Below, one piece after another: positions 1-12,367 of a stretch of DNA of 64,000 nt. Every line of letters starts with the position of its first letter. Within the stretch, counting starts at the first letter, position 1. The stretch comes from Octopus sinensis (Eukaryota): positions 146,506,001 through 146,570,000 of the forward strand of contig NC_042998.1 of assembly GCF_006345805.1 (NCBI RefSeq), written 5' to 3'. A program made the translations under genes and the position numbers. A model generated the notes under the pieces. It made no database searches. It was not told the origin of the DNA and saw only the letters and a program-made list of their open reading frames with translations.

Positions 1-1923
1 TCACACAAGGCTTCAGAAATCTTTGAACATTTCTTAAGTGTTAATGATGTAGTTCTCATTACAAAAGCTGTTAAAAGAATTAATAGTTAGATCAGATTTG
101 AAAACCTCAGTCTACAAATGACTCCCAGTTAAAGTATATGTAAAGATGCTGGTTAGTGAAGGTTGTTGGTGCAAAACCAACAACTTTCATCCACCCGTGC
201 TCTTGATTCCTCTTCTACTTATCTTGTACCTTGATAATCCACCCAGACAACTCATTACTATTGTCATCTCTTCCCAACTTCATTCACATCACCCTATCCT
301 CTCTTCTAAAATGTGAATAACTCCTTTACAGCGAGAAATTTGTTCTGCTTTGGCTCCTTTTCTCATACTTTAACCCCACATCTAGCATAAAGCCACTCCT
401 TTCAAGGTTCATAGTATTGTAGGCTACATGACAACTTCACTAGTGCTGGTGGCTCATAAAAAGCACTCAGTACTTGCTGTAAAGTGGTTTTGCATTATAA
501 AGGGCATCTAGCCATATAAACCATGCCAAAAGCAGACACTGCAACACAACACAGTCCTCAGACCTGTTGGTAGTGCCATGTCAGCATGGAAGCTAGATGT
601 TTAAGTGAAGATGAGGGGTTAGTTGATTACACTGACTCCGGAGGGACAAAAGGCAAAGTTGATCTCAGTGTGATTTGAACTCGGAATGTAATGAGCTGGA
701 AGAAATATGAGACATTTTTTTCTAATGCTCCATTTATTCTGCCAATCAACCACCTTCAATTCTGTTTATCAAGTTACATTTAATGGAATGACAAATCTGA
801 GTGACATTCAAATAAAGATCATGTTTTATTTTGTTTAATTAATATTTGATAGTTCTCAGCCTCTTTTGGAGATCATCATCATTTTTAATGTCCATTTTTC
901 TATGCTTGTGTTGGTTGGAAAGAGTTTATTGGAACAGTTTTTTTTTATGGTCAAATGCCCTTTCTGTCTATCACCAACCCTTACCTGTTTCCAAGCTAGG
1001 TGATATTTCCCTGTGGTCAGACATGTTAACGAAGAATATAGGAAATGAATGACACTGCTTTTATGATGGTGACTCTCATTTACAACTGTTATGCAATTTT
1101 GAGACAAGGAGAGAGAGGAAGAGATGCATGCACACAACGAGCTTCTTTCAGTTTCAGTCTATCAGATCCACCCACATGGCTTTTATCAGCTACGTGCTAT
1201 AGTAGAAAGCACTTGACCAAGTTGCAATGCACTGAACCAAACCCAAAATGATGTGGTTAAGAAACAGATTCTTAACAACATAGTCATGCCTACACCAAAC
1301 TATTTCAGGTCTTCTGGTTTCTAATAGAAATTCTGCTCTATTCACAGTATCTGCTGGTCAGATTCAGGCAAAGTGTTTTTTTATTTCATATCAGATTTGT
1401 AATCTTTTGATTTTAGTTTTTAACTTACCAATACATGATTGTTGTAAGTGAGCATTGCTGTCATACAAGCCATGTTTATTTCCAGTATGAATTTTTTCAT
1501 ATATTTAGCAGAATAATATGTCTTGATTAAGTGTAGAGTTTAGATTATTCAACTATCATTTTACTCTGTTTGTCATTGTAGTTTGCCTCTATTTTTATGT
1601 TATACAATTTTATAAATGTATTTTGTTTAATTTCACTGTTTTAACCTATTTGATCACAGTGAAAACATGTTAAATTTGACATCTTTGTAATGCATTTAGT
1701 CTCTGATGATACTAGAATAGTTTTGTTTAGTACAAAACTCTTCAGACGTTTTAATTTTGTTTTGTCTGATAATGTATTTTAAATTCCAGGTTTACCTTCG
1801 AAGATGATTTGCATAAAACTTTAGGATTGTCAGATTACCAAAAGAAGGAAAATGGAATATGGACTCAAAGATATTTTACTGTCTTTCAGTAAGATTTAAC
1901 TTCTGAAAGATTCTTATCTTCAA

Positions 1924-4035
1924 ATGGATTTATCTCCAAAGATTGAATATACTATTATAGAAGACGATTCTTTCCAAAATTTGGAAGTTGATTATGAAAT
2001 TGACTCCAAACTTTGGCAAAAACGTTACCAATGTGAACTGTGCAATAAAGATTTCTCATTATATCGGTCTTTGAGACGTCATATGAAAACACATACAAGA
2101 GAGAAAGTATTCCAATGTGAAATATGTGATAAAGAATTTTCTTTGAACTATTATTTGAAATGTCACATGCGAACCCATACTGGGGAGAAACCATTCCAAT
2201 GTGAAATATGTGACAAAGCATTTTCTTTGAATAGTTGTTTAAAAAGACATTTACGAACACACACTGGGGAGAAACCATTTCGCTGTGAAATATGCGATCG
2301 AGAATTTTCTCAGAACTGTCACTTGCGCCGACATATGGAAATACATACAGTTGACAAGCCTTTTCGCTGTGAACTGTGTGGGAAGAACTTTTCTAAAGGT
2401 TCTCTCTTGATTAGTCATATGAAATCTCACTCTGATTTGAACCCTTTCTATTGTAAGATTTGTGGGAAAGATTTTCTTAATAATTCTCAGCTTATTGGTC
2501 ATTTAAGGACGCACACAGGGGAAAAACCTTTTACCTGTGAAATTTGTGGCAAAGATTTCTCTCAAAACAGTAATTTGAAACGTCATGTGAAAATTCACTT
2601 TGGAGAAAAAACGTTTAAATGTGAAATATGTAATAAAGAATTTTTGGGTGACAAATGTTTAGAACGTCATGTCCGAACACATACTGGAGAAAAACCATTC
2701 TCTTGTTCATTATGTGGTAAAACATTTTCTCGAAATTGTCATTTAACACGACATATGAGGATACATACTGGGGAAAAGCCATTCATTTGTGAAATATGTG
2801 GGAAGGATTTTTCCCGAAATAGTAACCTAAGGGATCATATGAGAAGTCATACTGGAGAGAAACCTTACTGTTGTGACATCTGTGGTAAAGATTTTACCAG
2901 AAGCAGTTCTTTAGAGAGACACACCCAAATACACAGTGGAGAAAGTTGTTATCCTTGTGAAATATGTGGAAAGGAATTCTCTTTGAATGAAAGTTTAAGA
3001 CATCACATGAAAATACATACGGAAGAAAAGTCATTTTGTTGTGATTATTGTGGCAAAAGTTTTACTTTGAAAAAGTCTTTAAAAAGACACCTGAAAATCC
3101 ATATTGAAGAGAAAACAGTTTCTTGTGAGATCTGTGACAAAGAATTCCTCCAGAGTTCACTTAAATCTCACATGAAAATGCATCTTGGAGAGAAGTGTTA
3201 TATTTGTAAAATCTGTGGGAAAGAGTTGGTGACTAATTTTAACTTGACCCTCCATATGAGAACCCATACTGGTGAAAAGCCATTCTCTTGTGAAATATGC
3301 GGAAAGGAATTTTCTCAGAGCTCCACCCTCAAATACCATAAGGAAATCCACAACATTGAGAAAACTTACATTTGTGAAATATGTGATAAGAGGTTTTCTG
3401 GGAACAGGGGTTTAAAGCGTCACATCAAAACACATAGTGGAGAGAAGCCATATTGTTGTAAGTTGTGTGGGAAAAGATTTTCCTTGAATTTCAACTTGAA
3501 ACGTCACATACGGACACACACAGGGGAAAAACCTTTCCATTGTGAAATATGTGGTAAAGATTTTTCTCAAAATTATACTCTACAGTGTCACATGAAAACA
3601 CATCTAAGTGATAAACCTTTACCATGTAAAATATGTGGAGAAGAATTCTTAAATAATGATAGCTTACGACTCCATGTAAAATCTCATGAAGAAGATAAAT
3701 GTTTTACGTGTGATGTTTGTGGCAAAGAATTCACCAAAAATTCCTCATTGGTGCGACATGTGAAAAGACATACAGGTGAAAAACCATTCAATTGTTCAAT
3801 CTGTGGTAAAGGTTTCTTTCAAAATGAATGTTTAGAAAGACATATGCGGACTCATACTGGAGAAAAGCCATTTTGTTGTGACATTTGTGGTAAAGATTTC
3901 TCCCAGAAAGCTTCGTTGCTGCGTCATGTTAGAACTCATACTGGAGAGAAACCATTCCCTTGTGAGATTTGTGGCAAAAAATTCTCTCAGAATTCCACTT
4001 TGATGAATCACCTAAAACGACATCTTGAAGAATGA
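1924..4035 (+). CDS. Poly-C2H2 zinc-finger transcription factor, 24 tandem fingers, no KRAB/BTB/SCAN domain in this exon
   Basis: Uninterrupted 703-aa ORF. 24 C-x2-C-x12-H-x3-H units (finger 14 is x11), many with TGEKP linkers, after a ~35-aa acidic N-terminus. A plausible 3' splice site (ttttaaattccag|G) at 1789/1790 suggests an upstream non-coding exon outside the window. Confidence 0.96.
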   Translation: MDLSPKIEYTIIEDDSFQNLEVDYEIDSKLWQKRYQCELCNKDFSLYRSLRRHMKTHTREKVFQCEICDKEFSLNYYLKCHMRTHTGEKPFQCEICDKAFSLNSCLKRHLRTHTGEKPFRCEICDREFSQNCHLRRHMEIHTVDKPFRCELCGKNFSKGSLLISHMKSHSDLNPFYCKICGKDFLNNSQLIGHLRTHTGEKPFTCEICGKDFSQNSNLKRHVKIHFGEKTFKCEICNKEFLGDKCLERHVRTHTGEKPFSCSLCGKTFSRNCHLTRHMRIHTGEKPFICEICGKDFSRNSNLRDHMRSHTGEKPYCCDICGKDFTRSSSLERHTQIHSGESCYPCEICGKEFSLNESLRHHMKIHTEEKSFCCDYCGKSFTLKKSLKRHLKIHIEEKTVSCEICDKEFLQSSLKSHMKMHLGEKCYICKICGKELVTNFNLTLHMRTHTGEKPFSCEICGKEFSQSSTLKYHKEIHNIEKTYICEICDKRFSGNRGLKRHIKTHSGEKPYCCKLCGKRFSLNFNLKRHIRTHTGEKPFHCEICGKDFSQNYTLQCHMKTHLSDKPLPCKICGEEFLNNDSLRLHVKSHEEDKCFTCDVCGKEFTKNSSLVRHVKRHTGEKPFNCSICGKGFFQNECLERHMRTHTGEKPFCCDICGKDFSQKASLLRHVRTHTGEKPFPCEICGKKFSQNSTLMNHLKRHLEE

Positions 4036-5206
4036 ACTCATCATGAAAAGAAGTTTGAGAGACAAAAAAAGCTTTAAATTTTAAATTTTATTGATGAGAA
4101 ATATTTATCATTTGATAATATTAACAAATAATTAGGATTTGTTATTCCTAAAAAAAAAAGAAGCATTTTACCATGATATCATTTTTGGAGAAATATTTTC
4201 ATTTAATATCACTTCTGATGATATTCTTTACATCCTTTGTATAAGGCTGTTTCATTAAGAACCTATGAGAATGGCATGAACATCACACAATCTCATTTCA
4301 TTTTCTTCTAAATGGCATAGGAAGCAATATTTTAATGATACATAATTTCTGGACACATACATTTATCCAATCACATCACTTCTGGATTTATACTTGCCCC
4401 ATCATACCATTTAGTACAGTTCCATTAAAAAAAAATAAACAGCCTCACTCCACTGGACATTTTACATTTTAATTAACTATTTACAAAGAAATCTTCATTT
4501 TTAATTCTATTCTGCATAGCTTTAAATTAGATTAATTAGTCCAGCTTGCTTTAAAATAGATTGGTTTGTGCCAGGATTTAAAAAACAAAAAAACAAAAAA
4601 TAACACAAAACATTGTTCTGTTCCTTTTAGACTGTCCCTTTGTCTTATAATTTGGATGGCGAGGGGGTAGTAGGTCATGTTAATTTGGACTAGTCCACAA
4701 TCATATTACATAATACATTACATAGCGGACAACAATATGTGACATATTTTATGACTTCTGTTTGGATCAACCTCTCTCACCTGAATGGATTTTGAATTTA
4801 TCACTGTACAAGAACAAAGGAAATAAATTGCAGCCAAAAATATGGAAGAACGATTAACAAATACCATTACATTTTAATAAATACCTCACCCCCCAGGCCC
4901 CACCTTTACAAGAACGTTTAATCGTAAAGGACTATGTTCAACAGTTCAATATTACAGAGATGGGGTAAGAGTATACTTGGTCTGGCAGTGTAGTTTCAAG
5001 TGCATGTGTAGAAAGGTAAATAGATTGTAGCTGTTTCTGGTGAACATTAGTGCCGTCCATATATATGTGTGTGTGCTTATATGCACATATAGATATAAAT
5101 GTATGTATATACACATATAGATATAGCTATAAGTATATACATAGATATATGTGTGTACACACACACATATGTGTAATATATATATATATGTATACATGTA
5201 TGTATG

Positions 5207-5258
<52 letters not shown>

Positions 5259-5567
5259 AATATGTGTAAATATATATGTATGTATGTATATATGTATACA
5301 TGTATATATATGTGTATATATATATATATATAATATATATATATATATGTGTGTGTATACATGTGTATGTAAATGTATATATATGTAGCTATGTATATAT
5401 GTATATATATATGTGTGTGTGCTTATATGCACATATAGATATAAATGTATGTATATACACATATAGATATAGCTATAAGTATATACATAGATATATGTGT
5501 GTACACACACACATATGTGTAATATATATATATATACACACTATATGTGACAATTAGTTGGTTGTCA

Positions 5568-5630
5568 TAATAAAACTCAGAGTTTGGGCTGCTGGGGCTG
5601 AAGTCTGCTTCGGCATCTCATTAGTTATTA
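5568..5630 (-). ncRNA. Second, more decayed hammerhead motif in the inverted pLTR
   Basis: Minus strand reads taataa-CTAATGA-gatgccgaagc..gccccagcagc-CCAAA-ctctgagtt-ttatta, homologous to 8533-8595. Confidence 0.55.
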
Positions 5631-5950
5631 AGACAAATGCTATGAAAAAAACGTGTTGAAAAAAGGGAAATTACTCCAATAGGCTTGGGGAAAGTAATAT
5701 TTCGTTCATAGAATTGGCATATGCACACACATACATGTACACACCCACACACACACACACAACATATGTGTATATATATATATATACACACACACTCACA
5801 CGTGTGTACACATACAAACACACATAAATACATATATATGTCTATGCATACATGCATATATACCCATGCATGCATCAGTACGCTCATATACACGTTTACA
5901 CGCACAGACACATACGCGGATATACAAAACGTGGTCTATACGCACATGCG

Positions 5951-5984
<34 letters not shown>

Positions 5985-8532
5985 CACAGATAGCGTATTT
6001 ACAATTAAAAGCACATATGCAAAAAATGTAAACCATAAAACATTCACATCGCTGCTAGGCTTAAATTAGATCAAAAAAGATAGAGGTCCCCCTAAAAAAA
6101 GAGACCTTTAAACCATTAAAGACCATACAAAGAGCTCCCTATCTAATCATAAATGGCAGACTTATTAACCCTGCAAAATCAGAAGTTGGTATTATTAGTA
6201 AAGAAATTTTAGGAAAAATCAATGCTAAAGTCAGAAATGCTACTAGGTTAGTACAATGGTTTAATTGTATAGAAGTCGTTGACAAGTTTAAAACCATCAG
6301 GAATAAAATAAAGCGAGATTTGCACAATTTGATATTGTAGATTTCTATGTTTCTATCTCTAAGGAACCACTTGCTAAATCCCCCACCTTTGCTAGCGAAT
6401 TTATAGAAATTAATACACAAGATAAGGACAATCTTCCATGCTAGAAAGACTTTACTCTTCGGTGAGAACGCAGAGTGGGTTAAGACAACTGATACAGAGA
6501 GTATCTTTGATGTGAGTATGGGATCATATGATGGAGCAGGCATATGCGATCTCATTGAACTATTCCTACTCTATGCATTGGGTAAAACTTTTCCTGGTAT
6601 ATATTTTGCCATTTACAAAGATGATGCTCTAGCTTTAACCACAAACACCAATGGACCAGTGCAAGATTGGTTTAGGGAGGACATTATCCAAATGAAAACA
6701 TTCGATCTTAGCATAACAAAAGATACCTACCTGATGATTGTCAATTTCCTAGATGTATCTTTAGATATAAATAAGAATATTTACAAACTCTATAGAAAGC
6801 CCAACGATAGATTTAGCTATATTAATGTAGGTTCCTGCCCATAGTATTTAAAAATTTAGTTAAAAACATTAGCAAGAGAATTTCTAGCCTCTTCTTCGAT
6901 ATAAACATTTTTAATAGTGTTGTCCCAATATATAATAAAGCGCTAAAAGACAATGGTTTTAGTGAGGAAATAACCTATACATCTGTTAATAGTCCAGTAA
7001 CAAAGAAAAGGAAAATTATCTGGTTCACATCACCGTACTCCCCTGAAGTGACCTTTAATATAGGTAGATATTTCTTATCACTTATAGATAAGGCATTTTC
7101 CAATCAATTATAATTATAGAAAGCTCTTTTATAGGCACAACCTAAAAATTAGTTTTAGTTCTACTACTAACCTTAAAAATATAATTGCACACAAAAACAA
7201 CAAAATGAAGCCAACTGTTCCTACAGAGTTAAAAATTTGTGCCTGCTAAATGGCGCTTATATGACTGAGGCCATCATCTATGAAGCCACTGTAGACTCTA
7301 CAACCACTAAGGACATAGTTTTGTCAAAGAAATATGTGGGTCTCACAGAGGAAAATTTTAAAGCCAGGTTCAACAAGCACACCTTAAGCTTCAGGCACTA
7401 GGATAAAAGGGAAACAACCAAATTATCCACTTATATATGGTCCTTAAAAGAAAAAGGTGTCAGCTATAAGGTTCACTGGATGGTCTTGGCCAAGTGTAAG
7501 CCTTACACCAACGGCAGTGGAAAGTGTGGTATTTGCGATATGGAAAGATGGCTCATCTTGTAAAGTTCTTTAGATCCCGTGATATGTCTAAATTCAAGAA
7601 TTGAACTTTTTGGGTCATGTTCACATATGGCAAAATATTTGCTACATTTTGGGACCCCCTCCCCAACAAGATCATAGACAGAACCTGCTTTTTATATTAT
7701 GTCCACGTACAAGCCTTTCATATGTCTTAACATGTTATATATTTTTTCTGTATATTATTTTTCACCTTTTATGATTGTGTAACTTATACATGTGTAGTAT
7801 ATACCTAATGTGTATGTGCATGCATATATACATATGTACGAATGACTGTATACATGCGAGTGCAAGACTTTACCTGTTGTACTTGTCTCCTTCCTTCATA
7901 CATATGTGTATGTATATACGTTTATATATCTACAGGTGTAGATGTGTTTGAGAGACAGGAGGGTGTATTTGTGTATATACATATATAACTCATTTGTATA
8001 TTCAAGTTTTGCGGGAAATGTGAATATTTTACGTTTTATGTTTTTTGCGTATGTGTTTTTGTTTGTATATACGTCTACAGGTGCGAGTCTGTATGTGCAT
8101 GTGCGTATACACTATGTTTTGTATATCCACGTGTGTATGTGTGTATAGAGATGTGTATATGAACATAATGATGCATGCGTTTTTGCGTATGTGTTTTTAT
8201 TTGTATATACGTCTTTCTGCGTATGTATGCATGTGCGTATAAACTACGTTTTGTATATCTGTGTATGTATGTGTCTGTGTGTGTAGAGAGATCTGTATGA
8301 GTGTAGTGATGCGTGCATGGGTATATATGTGTGTGTATGTGCATGTATGTGTAGACATATATGTATTTATGTGTGTTTGTATTTATATGTACATGCATGT
8401 GTGAGTATGTATATAGATATATATATATACATGTGTGTGAGTGTGTGCATACGTGTATATGTGTGTATATGCGGATTCTATGAACAAACTATTACTTTCC
8501 CCATGCCTATTTTTTTTTCATAGCGGTTATCT

Positions 8533-8595
8533 TAATAACTGATGAGGTGCTGGAGTAGACTTCAGCTCTGGCATCCCAAACTCTGAGTTTTATTA
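8533..8595 (+). ncRNA. Degenerate minimal type-I hammerhead ribozyme motif in the Penelope 3' pLTR
   Basis: Stem I taataa/ttatta, core CTGATGA, 10-bp stem II ggtgctggag/ctctggcatc, then CCAAA in place of GAAA, short stem III ACTC-t-GAGT, and a GTT cleavage triplet. Confidence 0.65.
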
Positions 8596-8822
8596 TGACA
8601 ATCAACTAATTGTCACTTATTATATTTATTGAGAAATTCCTCTGTTTTACATAATATTGAGGTCTCATTCATTCTTTTGTTGTCATATTATATATATATT
8701 TATATGTATATGTATAAATATATGTATGTATATGTATAAATATGTATGTATAAATATATATATGTATAAATATATATATGTGTAAATATATGTATATATG
8801 TGTATAGATATATATGTATATA

Positions 8823-8867
<45 letters not shown>

Positions 8868-9369
8868 ATAATAATAATAATGATATTAGGGAGTAAATTC
8901 AAACTTACAGGTAAAAATTAGATTTAGGATTAAATCTAATTTTACAGTATAAATATAAATTAAATTAGAGATAAAGCTACTATTAGGCAAATCAAACAGT
9001 GAAAAACATAAACCAAAACATAGAAATGAAAATAATTAATATAATATACAAAATATATAAAATATAAAATTCAAAATTTAAATTTAAAGTTAAAAATTTG
9101 AAATTATTAATTTATAATTATAAATTTATATATATATATATTTAAATTTTTTTTATTTTTATCTATATTTATTATTTTTTATTATTTATTTAAAAAAATT
9201 TTTTTTTCATTAAATATATATAACTATCAAAAAGTATTAAAAAGTTTAATATAAGATAAAAAGTATTTTATATATTTTGTATATTATATTAATTATTTTT
9301 ATTTCTATGTTTTGGTTTATGTTTTTCACTGTTTGATTTGCCTAATCGTGGTTTTATCTCTAATTTAAT

Positions 9370-9771
9370 TTATATATATATATATGTATATGTATAAATA
9401 TATATGTATTTATATATATATATATCATCATCATTTAGCGTCCGTTCTCCATGCTAGCATGGGTTGGACTATATATGTATATATATGTGTATGTATAAAT
9501 ATATATTGTATATATGTGTATAGATGTATATGTATATATATATATGTACGTGTATAAATATATATGTGTATAGATATATATGTATATATATGTATGTGTG
9601 TGTATATATATGTATTTATATATATGTGTGTGTATATATATATATATATATATGTATTTATATATAAATATGTATTTTTATATATATATATATGTATGCA
9701 TATGTATATATATGTATGCATATGTATATATATATATGTATGCATATGTATATATATGTATGCATATGTAT

Positions 9772-9802
<31 letters not shown>

Positions 9803-10094
9803 CATATATATATATGTATGTATATGTACGTACATATATGTATGTATATATATGTATGCATATATATATATGTATGTATATGTACGTACATATATGTATG
9901 TATATATGTATATGTATGCATATATATATATGTATGTATATGTACGTACATATATGTATGTATATATATATATATATATATGTCTATATATATGTATATG
10001 TATGTATGTGTATATATGTATGTATATATATATGTAAGTATGTATATATATGTATATATCTCCATATATATGTGTGTATATATATGTATATATA

Positions 10095-10136
<42 letters not shown>

Positions 10137-10137
10137 G
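9370..10137. repeat. (TA)n/(TATG)n microsatellite tract; similar tracts at 5055-5540, 8686-8850, 11296-11805
   Basis: Direct reading of the sequence. Confidence 0.95.
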
Positions 10138-10741
10138 TCTAATATATAAAAGAGGGATGTGTGGGTATTTGCTTTTCATGTGAAAACAGCCTTACCAATT
10201 ATTTCCATATTTGTGATGCATGAATAATTCGACCTCGGACATTTAGGGTCTTCATTCGATTTTTTAATCAAAAATAAATAAATATTGCTTTATATTTGAT
10301 TCACTTCCCAGAAGGTGTCCCAATGACAACTTACTTTCATTCCATGACATCTTGTTCATTGTTTGCAATACTCGCTCTTTCTCTCTCTCCAGGTTCATTT
10401 CATTAATTCATGTACAAAATTTTTATTAATTTTATTTTTGCATGCCATGTTCAGCTCTTTATTTGTAGTCAGTCACACATGCACACATGTGTTTTTGTAT
10501 GTACATTTGTATACATTTATGTATGTGTGTGTGAGTGAAGGGAGGGGTATGTTGTCATGTATACATACATACATAAATATATATGCATACATCTTTTTTC
10601 TGTGTGTGTGTGTGTGTGTGTGTGAGAAAGAGATGTTTTAAGTGGCTCTCTTTCTCCTTCTTACACACAGGTACACATACATAAAAGAAAGATGTACGCC
10701 TATTTATGTATGTACGTATACATGATAATGCACCCCACCAC

Positions 10742-10788
<47 letters not shown>

Positions 10789-11295
10789 TCTATTTCATCT
10801 GATGTTTCTTACTGTATGTGTGTCTGTGTGTGGTGTTCCACAATCGCCAGAAAAAAGCAGAGGAATTTTCTTTCCTGATGCTCCTGGTGGTATAGGTAAA
10901 ACATTTATAACATTGCTTCTCTCCAAAGTAATGTAACAAAAAGAATTGCAGTTGCTGTACCATTGTCAGGCTTTGCTGCCACCATTCTCCCAGGAAGATG
11001 AACAGCTCATTCTGCTTTTAAATTACCACTAAACCTGGTCACAAATGGAAGTCCAATTTGTACCATTAGCAAAGATTCAGGTTCAGCAGAAGTGTTGTGC
11101 CAATGCCACCTTATCATTTGGGATGAATGCACCATGTCACACAGAGGTGCAGTGGAAGCTCTTGGTAAGATCTTTCAGGACATCAGAGGCAACAATAAAT
11201 CTATGGGAGGAGTTACATTAGTTTTATCTTGTGGAAGTAATTGGTGAAGCTGTTTTCATGTGAAAAGCAAATACATCTCTATTTTATATATTAGA
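10138..11295 (+). mobile_element. Helitron-derived element with PIF1 helicase fragment, flanked by inverted TCTAATATATAAAA termini
   Basis: About 10860-11230 translates (with stops/shifts) FFPDAPGGIGKTF..AVAV..SGFAATIL.G.TAHS.FKLPLN..LIIWDECTM..DIRGNNKSMGGV (Helitron PIF1 motifs). 10138-10208 and 11231-11295 are imperfect reverse complements. Confidence 0.8.
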
Positions 11296-11362
11296 CACAC
11301 ACACACACACACACACATGTATATATATATATATATGTATATACACACACATATATATATAT

Positions 11363-11393
<31 letters not shown>

Positions 11394-11682
11394 GATATAT
11401 ATATATATATTATATATATATATATATATATACCTACATGTGTGTATATATATATGTATATAAATATATACATATGTATTTATATGTATATAAATATATA
11501 TACATTTGTATATATATGTATATAAATAGATATACAGGCATATATATATGTGTGTGTATATACATGTATATATATATGTGTGTGTATATACATGTATATA
11601 TATATGTGTGTGTGTGTGTATATATGTATATATTTATACATGTCTGTATATATATATGTATGTATGTGTGTGTATATATATA

Positions 11683-11714
<32 letters not shown>

Positions 11715-11738
11715 CATGTGTATATATATATATGTGTT

Positions 11739-11801
<63 letters not shown>

Positions 11802-12367
11802 ACATAGGGGAGAACTTGCAAAAAAACAAAAGACGAAGACAGATGGTGTAGACAACAAACAGATGTATTAGTTTAATGCTCGGGAAGTGAGAATGTTTTT
11901 AACATTTCGAGCTTATGCTTTTCCACACAAAGGAACACAGAAAGAAACAAGGAGAGAAAATAAAGAATGTGTAGTGGCTAACAATCTATCATGGCAAATG
12001 CTAGACCCATACACATATATGTATGTGTGTGTATATATATATATATATATGTATGTATGTGTGTGTGTGTATACATATATACACACACATATACATACAT
12101 TACATATATATATACACATGCATATATCTCAGAGGAAATAAAAGAAAATGGAGATTGGGAAGTTAATAATTGTTTTTTCTTAACAGCAAATTAATCATCT
12201 TCACTTCTAGCTGTTTCAATTAATACTCAGTAATATTAAGTAAATATTGAATTCATATTTATGTAACCTGAGTATAATATCTTCGGTGGGTGTGGGAACC
12301 CTTGGAGGTTTTATATGTGTTGATGGATAATGGAGTTTTTTATATATGTATACATATATATATTGTG

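Larger units (their letters stand above)
5547..8685 (+). mobile_element. Decayed Penelope-like retroelement (Naiad-like) with RT + GIY-YIG, 3' pLTR and inverted 5' pLTR copy
   Basis: Frameshifted RT (LINPAKSEVG, QFDIVDFY, FDVSMGSYDG, YKDD, VNFLDV, YRKPN, IIWF) and GIY-YIG (IIYEATV..KYVGLT, CxxC, LNSR.E..C.H) at about 6150-7650. 5547-6066 is the reverse complement of about 8003-8616. Confidence 0.9.

Noticed and set aside
7230-7650. Possible selenocysteine-encoding Naiad
   Set aside because: The recognisable conserved Cys positions are TGT/TGC, not TGA, and no SECIS was identified.
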